Source: Camelus ferus (taxonomy: Eukaryota). From it: a stretch of DNA of 64,000 bases. Positions 27,030-40,090 of this stretch are shown here, piece after piece. The notes below the pieces were generated by a model. That model made no database searches, was not told where the DNA came from, and saw only the letters and a list, made by a program, of their open reading frames with translations. Location: contig NC_045698.1 of assembly GCF_009834535.1 (NCBI RefSeq), positions 15,750,001-15,814,000 on the forward strand, given 5' to 3'. The translations under genes were made by a program, and so were the position numbers. The number at the start of each line of letters is the position of its first letter. The first letter of the stretch is position 1.

Positions 27030-27250
27030 TATAGACTTGGACAGTGCTATGTTTTTCTGGTCTCAGCTTTACTGTTTAATAACTCCAAAGTTAGAACAAA
27101 TTATTTAAGTCCTCAAAACCTCAGTCTTTAAATTTGTAAAATGGGGATAATAACAGTACCTACCTTTAGGATCTAAAGATTTCAGGGAAAATTTCAGGAA
27201 AGTCTGAGTAACACTTATTTCTAAATACTGGTAGCTACTTGGTATTATTA
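27030..27250 (+). mobile_element. MIR SINE
   Basis: cctcagtc...tgtaaaatggggataataacagtacctacct (MIR core). Confidence 0.75.
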
Positions 27251-30200
27251 AAATTATTCCAATAACAAGTAATTTAATGAAAAAAATAGAAAGAAATGTA
27301 AAAGGACATTGGCCACACCAAATTTTGAAACAGCATATAATATGTTCACCTTTTAGACCATGGTGAGGACATAGGTGTTATACTCTCCTGTTAAATTTTT
27401 TAAAAATGGGCTTTGCAGACTTTTAATGTTACTATTTTAATATTTATTAGTGGGTAAAGTATATTTCCAAAGGAAAATTGAGATTATGTGTATATAAACA
27501 TAATTTCCTTTCTGGTAAAAATAAATAAATAAACAAACTCATTTTTCATAAAGGATTGTGAATCATTTACTCTTCTGACCTCTGATAACCAAAACTAGAG
27601 CCTAACTTGATATTACATAGTATTTAGTTTTTATCATGAGCCTGAGAAATTACTGTTCTGCTCCCATTAATGAAAACACAAGCATGATTTTAATTAGCCT
27701 GAATTTGCCCCAGAAAAGCATAAATCTCTTAATCAGATATGAGAGATGAAGGCTGGTCACCACCTCTGCATGCTAAATTTATCCTATTCTAAAAAAAGTA
27801 TATTATTCTTTCCTCTATTTCTTCTAATTAGAATTATAGCTTCCATAATAAATGTAAGATAATTAAAGATAATATGAATTCATCAAAGAAATACCTTTTG
27901 TTTCTCAGTATATCAACCTAGTTTAATAGTTATATTAATCACGTTGTTTTTACAGCTCCTTGGAGGGGAATATTTAAGTTGTCCATTCATAATTATGAGC
28001 ACTCTAATTCTTGAATTGAATAGATCTCCAACCAAAGCCACTAGTATTTTGAGGAATTTTACACTATCAAATTCATAGCAGTAATTATCACCCCCTCCTA
28101 ACGACTTCACAAATTCTCTCTCTTAGTCATTTTGAGGACATTTCTTCTTTGTAGTAATATGATATCAACTGCCCCCAGAATCGTATTTATTATGGTGTGT
28201 TCCATTCTCATTTTTTGGAATGAAAATGCATACTTATACCCATTTTTCTTTTTAATCATCTTGCTATCACTTCTAGGACCAAGTATATTTGCAGTTTAAA
28301 CTAACTGACTTTCTATGCTTTTGTCAAAAATAAATTTCTAGGCATGATATCTAAAATAAGATTTTAGTTTTCTTTGCATGATGTTAAAAGGGCACAGAAG
28401 TAAATTAATATAATGGACATAACATGAATGTCTCAGAATGCCCATTACTCAAGTATTTGGTAAAATACTATGTTTTGTGATGATGTTTATGGTTTCAACA
28501 GAGTAACTCCCACTTAATTTGTAAACTTTTTCAGATATTTTCTCTTCAGTAATTCTAGATCATCACTTTTTGATTTTTCAGAAAGCTTGTTTAATTTACC
28601 TTACATTTCAAGCTCAAATGTGTGCCCTTGCAGTGGTATTTCCTTCTTCTTCATGTTCACTTTAACCTCCACTCCAGGTGTTCTTTGTATTTATTCTTTC
28701 AGCGGAGTCGAGAATGCCGAAGTCTTACTTCCAGGCAGGCTAGCCTCTTCCTGATTCCCACCCACATATACACTTTACACTATTTTATATCCATGTTATA
28801 TTTTATTTTAAATAACTAATTTATCTTTTGTTACTTTTTAATCTTCCCAAGTGACACTTCAAAGGGTAATACAAAATCAGTGAAAAAAGTAATGTCCATT
28901 GATAAATAAGGGTGTGATTATGATGCTATAGAGATACAGTGATTTAGAAAATCAATTTGAAATCATAATTTAGAAGTTCAAAAACATAAAACACAGAGCT
29001 CAAAATTATTTGGCTGTTTTGGATAAGAATCTCAATTTTTTAATCAGAATATGCAGAAAATCCACACACATACCTCCAAAACAATTTGAAAGAGATGAGT
29101 TAATGCTCCTTCATATTCTGTACTTTTTAAGGACAAAAGGAAAATTACTGAGTAGCTAGTAAAGGAAACTTATTTGGGCAACCTTATTGTTATGATACAA
29201 TGCATCATAAAGTTATCTTTATTTTTCCAATATCCTTCATATTACATTGGATTGGACAGATTTCCCTGTTCATATTCTCACTACCTCCATTCACCAGAAA
29301 ATAGATTCATGCCAAACTAGTTTCTGCTTTGTTTACAAACTGTTGTGGCAAAAGTGAGAGTTCATAATTCTTTAATAGCCAGGATGATTCATGGGAGAAA
29401 ACTGCATAAAAGATTTGAACCTTTCCTTACTTTCTCTACTCTGTTGTAAGAAATGGGTGGAATGCTAACTTATCATCTTTATTAGATTTATGAATAAATA
29501 AAATGGAGTAATGACAGTTAGTAAATCACACTGAAATTGTCAGCTTAGCATCTTCTTTTACAGTTTCACATAACAATGCCATGTTTTGTGACTTGAATTG
29601 CAATGTGCACAGAACATGGGAAAACAAGACAATATACTCAATACCCTCAAGATAAATCTTGATAATAGTGAGAAACTATCTATAGAAACAGAACCTATTT
29701 CATGAAAATCATGAAATTTTAATCTATAGACTCTCTTTATATTCCATTTTAACATCTATTTATGTTATACCAGCAAACAACAGAATTACCTGAAAATTAA
29801 CAGTAAAAAGACAAATTCTCACTTTGCAGTAGTGTTATAGCTTGTAAATTAGACCGAGAATTTTGAACAGAACAACGCGTATTGGCTAAAATTTGTTCCT
29901 GTGGGCTGGGATATTATTAAACACAGGTTACAGAGAATTTATGAAGAACAGCTATCGTTTTCTTAATTACTTTAATGATTATTTCTTTCTTTTTAATTTA
30001 ATGGGTATTCAACAAACTGTTCATTAGGGGATTTTATGTTTAAAACTACTAATGAAATTAAATAAAAAAGATATATAGTATCATTAAAGTAGCACATAAG
30101 AAAAAATGCTAGTCCTAAAATAACTCTTTACTTCGTAGGTACCAAGAGATATATATGAAAACCATATTTCAGAAGGTAGCCCTTCTGTTGAAAACTATTG

Positions 30201-33200
30201 CACTATGAGACATATTTATTCCTTTCTCCTTGTAGAGGTATAAACACAAAGCATGTGTTTTTTTTAAATCATAAATTATACTGTTTATGAGATATTAAAA
30301 GTAGTGGCTAAAAAACAGAATAGAAAATTTGCAAAAATTATAAAGCTTTACCATGTATGGAAATAAAAACAAAACTTTTGCTTGAGGTGTTTGAATTGCA
30401 ATGATAAAATCAACCACCATTATGAATGTATTATTCATATACCACTCTAAACTAATTATTAAAATGAATGAAACAAAGGTGAGAATTTGTATCATATATG
30501 AAAAAAAAAACAGGCACATTTCTTGGGGAAGGAAGAGTGTAAACAAATAAACAGCTATTTCAGGAGCTATTTTAGAGATTCCCTGAACTATTAACACAGG
30601 TACTTTTGAGGGCATAATAGTCCTTCACACATAATCTGTAAGGATTAGTCATATATTTTCTGAAGAACCAGAAAAAAAATGTATTTCCTATATAAGACTA
30701 AATAACTAAAAGGAAAAATCACTATTTTCAATTAGTTTCATCAATATTTTGTCTTAACATATGCCAATTATTTTGAGGTATTTTGGGAATTTCAAAGCAC
30801 TAGAAAAATTTTTATGTGAAGTTTAATTATTTTCCAGAGAGCTGTATATAATGATGATATTTTTTAAAAAGCTATTTGGAAATATTTTCTATACAGACCT
30901 GAAAGTAACTTTGAGTTATAAAATCATAGAACTATAAGTCATTTCCTTGAAATAGTGGCAAAATAAAAATTTAAAGAACTATAAATGATAAAAGTATTTA
31001 GTGCATTAAATATAAATGCCTTTATTTTTTACCATTAACTGCCTAATGAACACAGAACCATTGCATCCAGCATTTACCTTTGGGAGAACACCAGTAACAC
31101 CAAAATGATGGTTAGTAAGATAACATTACAAATTTTTAATGACTGGTTATTCTTAGTGTCCAATGAAATTGTTTTTGTATTGGAATATTATGCTTGAAAT
31201 GATTATTTTGATTTCTAGATGATTCTAATACATTGTAAAACAAAAAAAGAAATATTTTTATCTTTATAGTTGAGAAGCAAGCCTCTCTCCTTCCCTCCCC
31301 CTGTACCTCTCTCTCTGCCTTTCTCCTTCGTTCTTGGACTCCCAGTAATTTCATTATTTCAACATATATTTACTGAGGCTATACTATAAGAAATATCCTT
31401 CTGTATGTGGACACTTCAGATGGTATTTAGGGACCTTGTGGATGCGGCTAACAGGACATTTTACTCATGTACAGGCCCCTGTATGTTTCAAACACTCTAA
31501 CTTGTTGGCTTGCTACCCTGTCCAGTAAACTAGAAGCATCATCTCAAGTCCACAGTTTGCTAATAAAAATGTCATCAGTAATTCAATGTTACTGCTGTTT
31601 TACTGTTTGATATAAAAATAAAACAATATTAATGTGAGTGATCAAACACCAAATGCCATTTCTTCAGAGTCAGAATGGTGTTTTATAGAGACTCTCCTAA
31701 GGAACAGGACTTTCTGAACAACATGAACAGTGACATTTTATCAGTGTCATGGCTGTATTTTTGATAGTGACTGATATAAACTGGGACGAGGAAAACTAGA
31801 TAAGGCCTATAAATTTCAAGACAACACACAGAAATATGACTTATATTTTACCGAAGTTTACTTGGAATTAAATTGGTTGACACTCTCCTGTCCTATAATC
31901 CCCGTAAGCACACTGACATGCAACTCAAGTAACAAAATTCCATCAGTTAAAATAATTGTTAATCTATAGCCCCAATGGCGCCATTCATTATTAAATTTAT
32001 ATGATCAGTTTTAATTAGTTTATACAAAAGAAAGTGTACCAATGTCCACATTTTATAAGCTGGTATGAAGTTTGAAATGAAGAAAGTAAAAAAATTGTTA
32101 TCAATTTTTCTCCTTTTAAAAATTAAAACTGTAGATTTGAAAACCCATTTGTTTATCTGCAAAAAAAGAGAACATCTTCAAGTATCACTGTAGGGCATTT
32201 AATTTAATCACCCTAATTATGTGTAACAACAATATAAGAAAACATTACACATACAGAGCAAGCTATATCCATACTGCCTTGAATTGATATCTACATATCT
32301 ATGAATGTGTGTATACGTGTGTGTTTTTATAGATGTTTTAATCTGTCTGTTAAAATTTAAAAACTCACAATTCATTGGGGGGAAATGAACATATGCAGAT
32401 ACAATAAATCAAAGTACATCATTATAATTTGACACATCATGTGATAATTAGTATCTATAGTAAAGAAAAACAGATCAATATCTTCAGTTGAAAAATAAAT
32501 TATTTTATAAATCTTCCTTCAAATCAACTCTTCTGGTAAACATTATTTTGGCAATTTTTTTCTAATTTTAAAATCCTACATCAGAATAAATGATAGCAGG
32601 TATAAAGAGTAGATGGGGATAATAGGAAATAAAGGAATAACAGAAGAAAACAAAAGACAGTGGTACACTGTGAGCGGGAGAAAATAAAATAATGCTGATG
32701 ATTAAACTTTTCAGGTGAGCTGCCTGAACTGTTTTCCATTTACACCTCAGTGTTGTGAAAATTTAACAGTAAAATTGTTTACAAAACATGATACAGACAA
32801 GATCCATCAATAGTTTAGAAAGGTAATTTGCTCTGAAACAGAAAATGATGAAGGCAATATGCCAAGCAGACACTTCATAACATCATGAATACCTTATTAT
32901 TACATATACATTTTCGACTTGATTCTAATATATTTTTTTCCCATGTGATGCCAAACAGTCAATTATATTGCTCTCTTTAATTCTTGTATATGTAATACAG
33001 GTAGACTAGACACAGCAAAAATTACCTCCAAGATATGGCTAATGTAATTTCTGAACGATTGACCTTCTCTTCTCACTGGCATGTTTTGTATATTTGAATC
33101 TAATTGAACTAAACATAACAGGAGGTTCAGGCAAGGAGCCAGAATCCTTCATGACTGACCCTGTTCTGAATAACCAACTTCTGAAGGAGCTTCAAGAGCA

Positions 33201-34169
33201 GACCATCCTCTCCAGGCAACATTTAAAATAGATTCTGTTTGTAAGCGACACAACACAGCTACACACCTGTTGCTACTGGGAAGGACGTCTCAGAGAGCTG
33301 ACACGTGCTTCACCGTTCACAAACATCGCCATGTGTCACCTGTATGGCTTTTCCCAGTGAAGCCTGGGAAACACGTTGAGTTTCCTTAGAGAAAGCAGCT
33401 GGAGTACTAGTCAAACAATCCATGTTTTTTTCAGAACTCCATAATTTTGAGAATCCAAATCAATAATTAATAACCTCATGTGTCGTATAAGCTATTCCAA
33501 CAATTCTCAGCACAAACAAAATCTGTAAGAGCAATTTTGAGCCCTGAATGGAAGACCATAATTGAAATCAGGTCAAGCTGTACTATGAGAACTGCTTTAA
33601 AAAGAGCAGAGATTGTGGAAAAGAAAGAAGAGGCATTGGGAAGACGCTTTTCATTGAAAACACTAATGTAAGAAAGGTAATCAAAAATGTTTTTATTCAA
33701 TGCGTGTGAAAGAAGGATTTTGATCATTTTAAATCAAAAATGGCCAAAATAAGCCTAAATGTGCCAGGAGAATGTGTATGTTTCATATGGAGTCCAAAAT
33801 TCATAGAATACAATAACATAGTAAGATCCTATTGTATATATTTTCACTTCATTGCACACTTACAGTCATCTTGTCCATTTTGAAAGAGAGATCATGGCTC
33901 TTGAGCAAGCTGTCTTAGGTATCCAGTCATGTGAAAATCTTTAGCATTAGAAAAGATCCTGAAAATATTTATTCTCAAAAACTACATATTAGATCTAGAT
34001 GTTGGGGAAGCAAATACATTTCTCGAACTTCTTTAGAAAATATTATTTGGTGAAATGCTAAATGCAATAGAAGCATTTCTAGCAATAAATATAGTTTGGT
34101 ACTGATTAGCCTTCTCATAAGAAAAATGCATGTTAATTACAAAAAATTAGTAAAATTGATAATTCTTTG

Positions 34170-34520
34170 GGAGGATGACTCTATAGCCCTGAGAGGCATC
34201 CATAGCTATAGAAAGAAGAAGGATGATGTATTCCTCTAAACTAATCTCTTTCTCTCTCTCTGGAGCATTGATATTTCCTCATAAAACTACCCAGGGGTTT
34301 TCCTAACAACACTAACTGACCAAAATTGGGTCAATAGGCCCATTCTTGAACCAGTTACTCTCCAGGAAACAGGATTACTGTTAGACAAGAGAATTGGAGA
34401 GATGCACATTGACAAGCATCCACTAAGGCACAGACCCTGTAGAAGAGGAGAAAACTGAGTAATACTGAGATTCTGCAAGGAAGAAGGAAGGGAGGAATCA
34501 ATGTTAAGAAAGCCCTCCCG
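34170..34520. mobile_element. Decayed MaLR LTR fragment (MLT1J/K-like)
   Basis: tgggtcaataggcccattcttgaaccagttactctccagg...attactg and caaggaagaaggaaggg motifs typical of old MLT1. Confidence 0.45.
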
Positions 34521-35179
34521 GTATCCACTATACTAAGATTTAGATATTAAAATACATTACAATTAAAATTATTATGGAAGGACTCACTGCATCTTAAGAA
34601 CATAAATCTATATATCTATTTATATCTGTAGCTACATTGATAGATTGATAGATTGAATGATAGACAGAACTGCCACCATGGTTATAATTTCAACATAAAT
34701 TTACCATATCAGGAAGTAAAACAATCCAATATTAGAGAGAGAGTAGCTCACAGGTGTTAGATACACAGAGTACCAAGGAAGAATAACACATTTTGCTCAT
34801 TTTTCATTTCCTTTTTAGTTTAACTAAAACCTTAGGATTCATGTTGATATTCATGTTAAGATGCAACTGGTTTCTTCTACATTTGTGGGGGAATATCAGA
34901 ACACCCATCTCAAAACTACTTCTTCTAGTCAACATATTATCTTCCTTAATATAAAATATTGTAGCACATATCCATGTAAAGAATTTTTTAAAAAATTGCT
35001 TCCCTTCATTCTATGCGTAGCCATATGTGCATTTTAAGAGAGTTAACTTACCCCTAGAAATTCAGCACCAGTCTAATGGGAATGTGGGTTCAGGGAATAT
35101 CCTTCTTACCAGAAATATATTAGAGCTTTTCTACTAATGAATATTTCAAAAGAAAAATATCAAGTTTGTTGAAGGGAAG

Positions 35180-35480
35180 TTACTCAACAAGTTGCAAAAT
35201 AAGCAGATATCTGGAAAAGAGCATTTTAGGTAGAAGGAACAGTAAGTGCAAAGACCCTGAGGCAGCAGCTGGTCGGTATGTTGGTGGAACAGTAGTGAGG
35301 TCACTGTGGCTACAGCACAGTGAGTGAGAGGAGGTGCTAGAGAAGACATGAGAAAAATAGCAGGATGATTGTATGTTGAATCTTGTTGGTTATAATTTGG
35401 ATTTGGGGATTTAGTCCTAGGGAGATGAAAGGCCACTGAAGTGTTTGAAAAGAGGATGGATACATATTCTGGTTTATAAT
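35180..35480 (-). mobile_element. L2 fragment
   Basis: gatatctggaaaagagcattttaggtagaaggaacagtaagtgcaaagaccctgaggcag...ggccactgaagtgtttga. Confidence 0.75.
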
Positions 35481-35599
35481 CTAGCTACCCTCCAGAAAAG
35501 GTCCTGAATGAAAGCTTAGTAACATTTGGAGAACATTTTTCAAATACAAGATGAGGATGGCTTTGACCAATTCAGTCTGTAAATGTCAGTTCTAACCCC

Positions 35600-35815
35600 A
35601 TTCTGGAGGTGGAGCTTTATGGCAAGAGCTTGTCTCAACTTTCCCTACCTGTATCAATGCAAGTATTTTTTTCAGTCACCTGATATATTGGAATCACTCA
35701 ACCAGTTTCTGGATTTCTTTCACATGGAATTGATTGATCAGTGTGTACCTGTGTAGTCAGTGATTCCCATGGAAGAAGGGAAGTTCAGGAATCTTTTACA
35801 TTACCATCTTGGTGA
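35600..35815 (-). mobile_element. Ancient L1M 5'-terminal fragment
   Basis: agtttctggatttctttcacatggaattg...ggaagaagggaagttcaggaatc...accatcttg resembles the reverse complement of old L1M 5' ends. Confidence 0.55.
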
Positions 35816-35853
35816 CATCAATCACATGGGATATTTTATGTTTTAAAGGAGAA

Positions 35854-38800
35854 ATGTAACCACAAGCCAAAAACTTACAAGGGAGTCACAAAAACTAAAT
35901 AAAATCCATGATAATACAAAGGAAAATTACCAAACCACAAAAAGAAGAAGAAAGGAACAAAGAGGAAATACCAAATCAACTGCAAAGATAAGTTCAAAAT
36001 GGCAATAAACACACATTTATCATTAATTACTGTAAATATTAATGAAATAAATGCTCTAGTCAAAAGACGTAGAGTGGGAGATTGGATAATAAAGCAAGAA
36101 CCTTCAATATGCTGCATACAAGAGACCCACCTTAGGGAGAAGGACACATATAGACTGAGTGAAAGGATGGAAAAGCATATTCCATACAAATGGAAAAGCC
36201 AAAAAAGCAGGTGTAGCAGTACTTATTTCAGACAAAATAGACTTTAAAACAAAGGCCATAAAGAAAGATAAAGAAGGACATTTTATAATGATTAAAGGAG
36301 TAATACAAGATGAGGATATTACACTCATTAATATATATGCACCCAATATAGGAGCACCTAAGTACATAGAACAACTACTAACAGAGATAAAGGGGAATAT
36401 TGATGGGAATACAATCATAGTTGGAGATTTTAACATCGCATTAACATCACTAGACAGATCTTCCAGACAGAAAATAAATAAGGCAACAGAGAAACTAAAT
36501 AATACAATAGAAACATTAGATTTCGTGGATATTTTCAGAGCATTACACCCCCCCCAAAAATAGGATATACATTCTTTTCAAGTGCACATGGAACATTTTC
36601 TAGGATTGATCAAGTACTTGGGCACAAAAGAAACCTCAACAATTTTAAGAAGATAGAAATTATCTCAAGCATCTTTACTGACCACAATGCCATGAAACTA
36701 GAAATCAACAACAGAGAAACAAAGGAGAATAAAAGGAAAGCATGGAGAATAAACAATATGCTATTAAAAAACCAATGGGTCAATGAGGAAATCAAAGTTG
36801 AAATTAAAAAATACCTTGAGACAAATGAAAATGAAAGCACAACCACATAAAATTTATGAGACACAGCAAAGGCAGTGCTAAGAGGGAAGTTTATAGTGAT
36901 ACAGGCCTTCCTCAAAAAAGAAGAACAATCTCAAATAAACAATTTAACCCACCAACTAAAAGAACTAGAAAAAGAAGAACAAAATACCCCAAAAGGCAGC
37001 AGAAGGAGGAAATTATAAAGATTAGGGAGGAAATAAAAGAGATTTAAAAAAAAAAAAGGAGAAATCAATCAAACCAAAAGCTGTTTTTTTGAAAAAGTAA
37101 ATAAAATCGACAAACCTCTGGCCAAACCCACAAAGAAGAAAAAAGAGAGAGCATAAATTAGCAAAATAAGAAAGGAAAATGGAGAAATTACAACAAATAA
37201 GATAGAAATACAGAATATCATACAAGAATATCATGAAAAACTATATGGAACCAAACTGGATAACCTAGAGGAAATGGACAAGTTTCTGGAAACATACAGT
37301 CCACCAAGACTGAACCAAGAAGAAACTGATCACTTGAACAAACTGATCACTAGAAATGAAATCAAAATAGCAATAAAAAACCTCCCTACAAATAAAAAGT
37401 CCAGGACTGGACAGCTTCACCAGGGAATTCTACCAAACATACAAAGAAGAATTCATACCAGTCCTTCTCAAACTCTTCCAGAAGGTTGAAAAGAAGGGAA
37501 TACTCCCAAACTCATTCTATGAAGCCACCATCACCCTGATACCAAAACCAGGCAAAGACACTACCAAAAAATAGAATTATAGGCCAATATCACTGATGAA
37601 CATATATGCCAAAATGCTCACCAAAATATTAGCAAATAGAATCCAACAACACATAAAAAAGATTATACATCATGACTAAGTGGGGTTCATCCCAGGGACA
37701 CAAGGGTGGTTCAACATATGCAAATCAATCAGTGTAATACATCACATCAACAAGAGAAAGGACAAAAACCACATGATCATCTCAATCGATGCAGAAAAAG
37801 CATTTGATAAAATTCAACACCCATTTATGATAAAAACTCTCGCCAAGGTGGGTATAGAGGGAACATATCTCAACATAATAAAAGCTATATATGACAAACC
37901 TACAGCCAGCATAGTACTCAACGGTGAAAAACTCAAAAGCTTCCCACAAAAATCTGGGACAAGACAAGGATGCCCACTATCACCACTCCTATTCAACATA
38001 GTCCTGGAAGTCCTAGCCACAGCAGTCAGGCAAGAGAAAGAAATAAAAGGGATCCAAATTGGAAAAGAAGAGGTAAAAGTGTCACTATATGCCAACGACA
38101 TGTTACTATATATAGAAAACCCTAAAAGGTCTACACAAAAACTACTAGAGCTGATCAAAGAATTCAGCAAGGTAGCAGGTTACAAGATTAATGTTCAAAA
38201 ATCAGTTGCATTTCTTTACACTAACGATGAATCAACAGAAAAAGAATGTAAAGAAACAATCCCCTTTAAAATAGCACCCAAAGTAATAAAATACCTAGGA
38301 ATAAATCTAACCAAGGAGGTGAAAGAATTATACACAGAAAACTATAAACCATTGATGAAAGAAATTAAAGAAGAACTTAAAAAATGGAAATGGAAATGGA
38401 AAAATGCTCTTGGATTGGAATAATCAATATTGTTAAAATGGTCACACTGCCCAAGGCAATCTACAGATTTAATGCAATCCCTATCCAATTACCCAGGACA
38501 TATTTCACAGAACTAGAACAATCATAATAAAATTTATATGGAACCACAAAAGACCTAGAATTGCCAAAGCATTACTGAAGAGAAAGAAAGAGGCTGGAGG
38601 AATAACTCTCCCAGACTTCAGACAATACTATAGGACTACAGTCATCAAGACAGCATGGTCAAAAACAGACATATAGACCAATGGAACAGAATAGAGAGCC
38701 CAGAAATGAACCCACACACTTTTGGTCAACTAATCTTCGACAAAGGAGGCAAGAATATACAATGGAATAAAGACAGTCTCTTCAGCAAATGGTGTTGGGA

Positions 38801-40090
38801 AAACTGGAGAGCAGCATGTAAAGCAATGAAGCTAGAACACTCCCTTACACCATAGACAAAAATCGACTCAAAATGGATCAAAGACTTAAACATAAGACAA
38901 GATATAATAAACCTCCTAGAAGAAAATATAGGCAAAACATTATCTGACATACATCTCAAAAATGTTCTCCTAGAACAGTCTACTCAAGCAATAGAAATAA
39001 AAGCAAGAATAAACAAATGGGACCTAATGAAACTTACAAGCTTCTGCACAGCAAAGGAAACCATAAGTAAAACAAAAAGACAACCTACAGAATGGGAGAA
39101 AATTTTTGCAAATGAAACCAACAAAGGCTTGATCTCCAGAATATATAAGCAGTTCATACAACTCAATAAGAAACAACCAAACAACCCAATCCAAAAATGG
39201 GCAAAAGACCTAAACAAGCAATTCTCTAAGGAAGACATACAAATGATCAATAGGCACATGAAAAAATGCCCAATATCACTAATTATCAGAGAAATGCAAA
39301 TCAAAACTACAATGAGGTATCACCTCACACCAGTCAGAATGGCCATCATTCAAAAATCCACAAATGAAAAATGCTGTGGAGAATGCAGTTTAGTGCAGCC
39401 ACTGTGGAAAACAGTATGGAGATTCCTCAAAAGACTAGGAATACACTTACCATATGACCCAGGAATCCTGCTCCTGGGCATATATCCAGAAGGAACCCTA
39501 CTTCAAAATGACACCTGCACCCCAATATTCATAGCAGCACTATTTACAATAGCCAAGACATGGAAACAGCCTAAATGTCCATCAACAGATGACTGGATAA
39601 AGAAGAGGTGGTATATTTATACAGTGGAATACTATTCAGCCATAAAAACCAACAACATAACGCCATTTGCGGCAACATGGATGCTCCTGGAGAATGTCAT
39701 TCTAAGTGAAGTAAGCCAGAAAGAGAAAGAAAAATACCATATGAGATCGCTCATATGTGGAATCTAAAACAAACAAACAAACAAAAAAACCAAAGCATAA
39801 ATACAAAACAGAAATTGACTCATAGACATAGAATACAAAGTCGTGGTTGCCAAGGGGGCAGAGGGTGGGAAGGGATAGATGGGATTTCAAAATTGTACAA
39901 TAGATAAACAAGATTATACTATATAGCACAGGGAAATATACACAAGATCTTATGGTAGCTCACAGAGAAAAAGATGTGACAATGAATATATATATGTTCA
40001 TGTATAACTGAAAAATTGTGCTTTACATTGGAATTTGACACAACATTGTAAAATGATCATAAATCAATAAAAATGTTAAAAAAATAAAAT
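35854..40090 (+). mobile_element. Young 5'-truncated LINE-1 (about 4.2 kb; no 5' UTR or ORF1), camelid-like 3' UTR
   Basis: ORF2 homology throughout; 3' UTR with AATAAA (40066-40071) and A-rich tail. TSD aaaggagaa at 35845-35853 and 40091-40099, at a canonical TTTT/AA endonuclease site. Confidence 0.97.
35999..39767 (+). pseudogene. Disrupted L1 ORF2 (APE endonuclease, reverse transcriptase, C-terminal domain)
   Basis: Fragments: MAINTHLSLITVN..CCIQETHL, IIVGDFN, TDHN (endonuclease); [39 protein letters not shown] (RT); C-terminus ending at TAA 39767. Broken by multiple frameshifts and stops. Confidence 0.95.

Noticed and set aside
33151..33231. Protein-like micro-ORF MTDPVLNNQLLKELQEQTILSRQHLK
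   Set aside because: Only 26 codons, with no homology or transcript context; chance level.
35875..39929. Several 60-120 aa minus-strand ORFs within the L1
   Set aside because: Antisense shadows of L1 ORF2 and its UTR, not genes.
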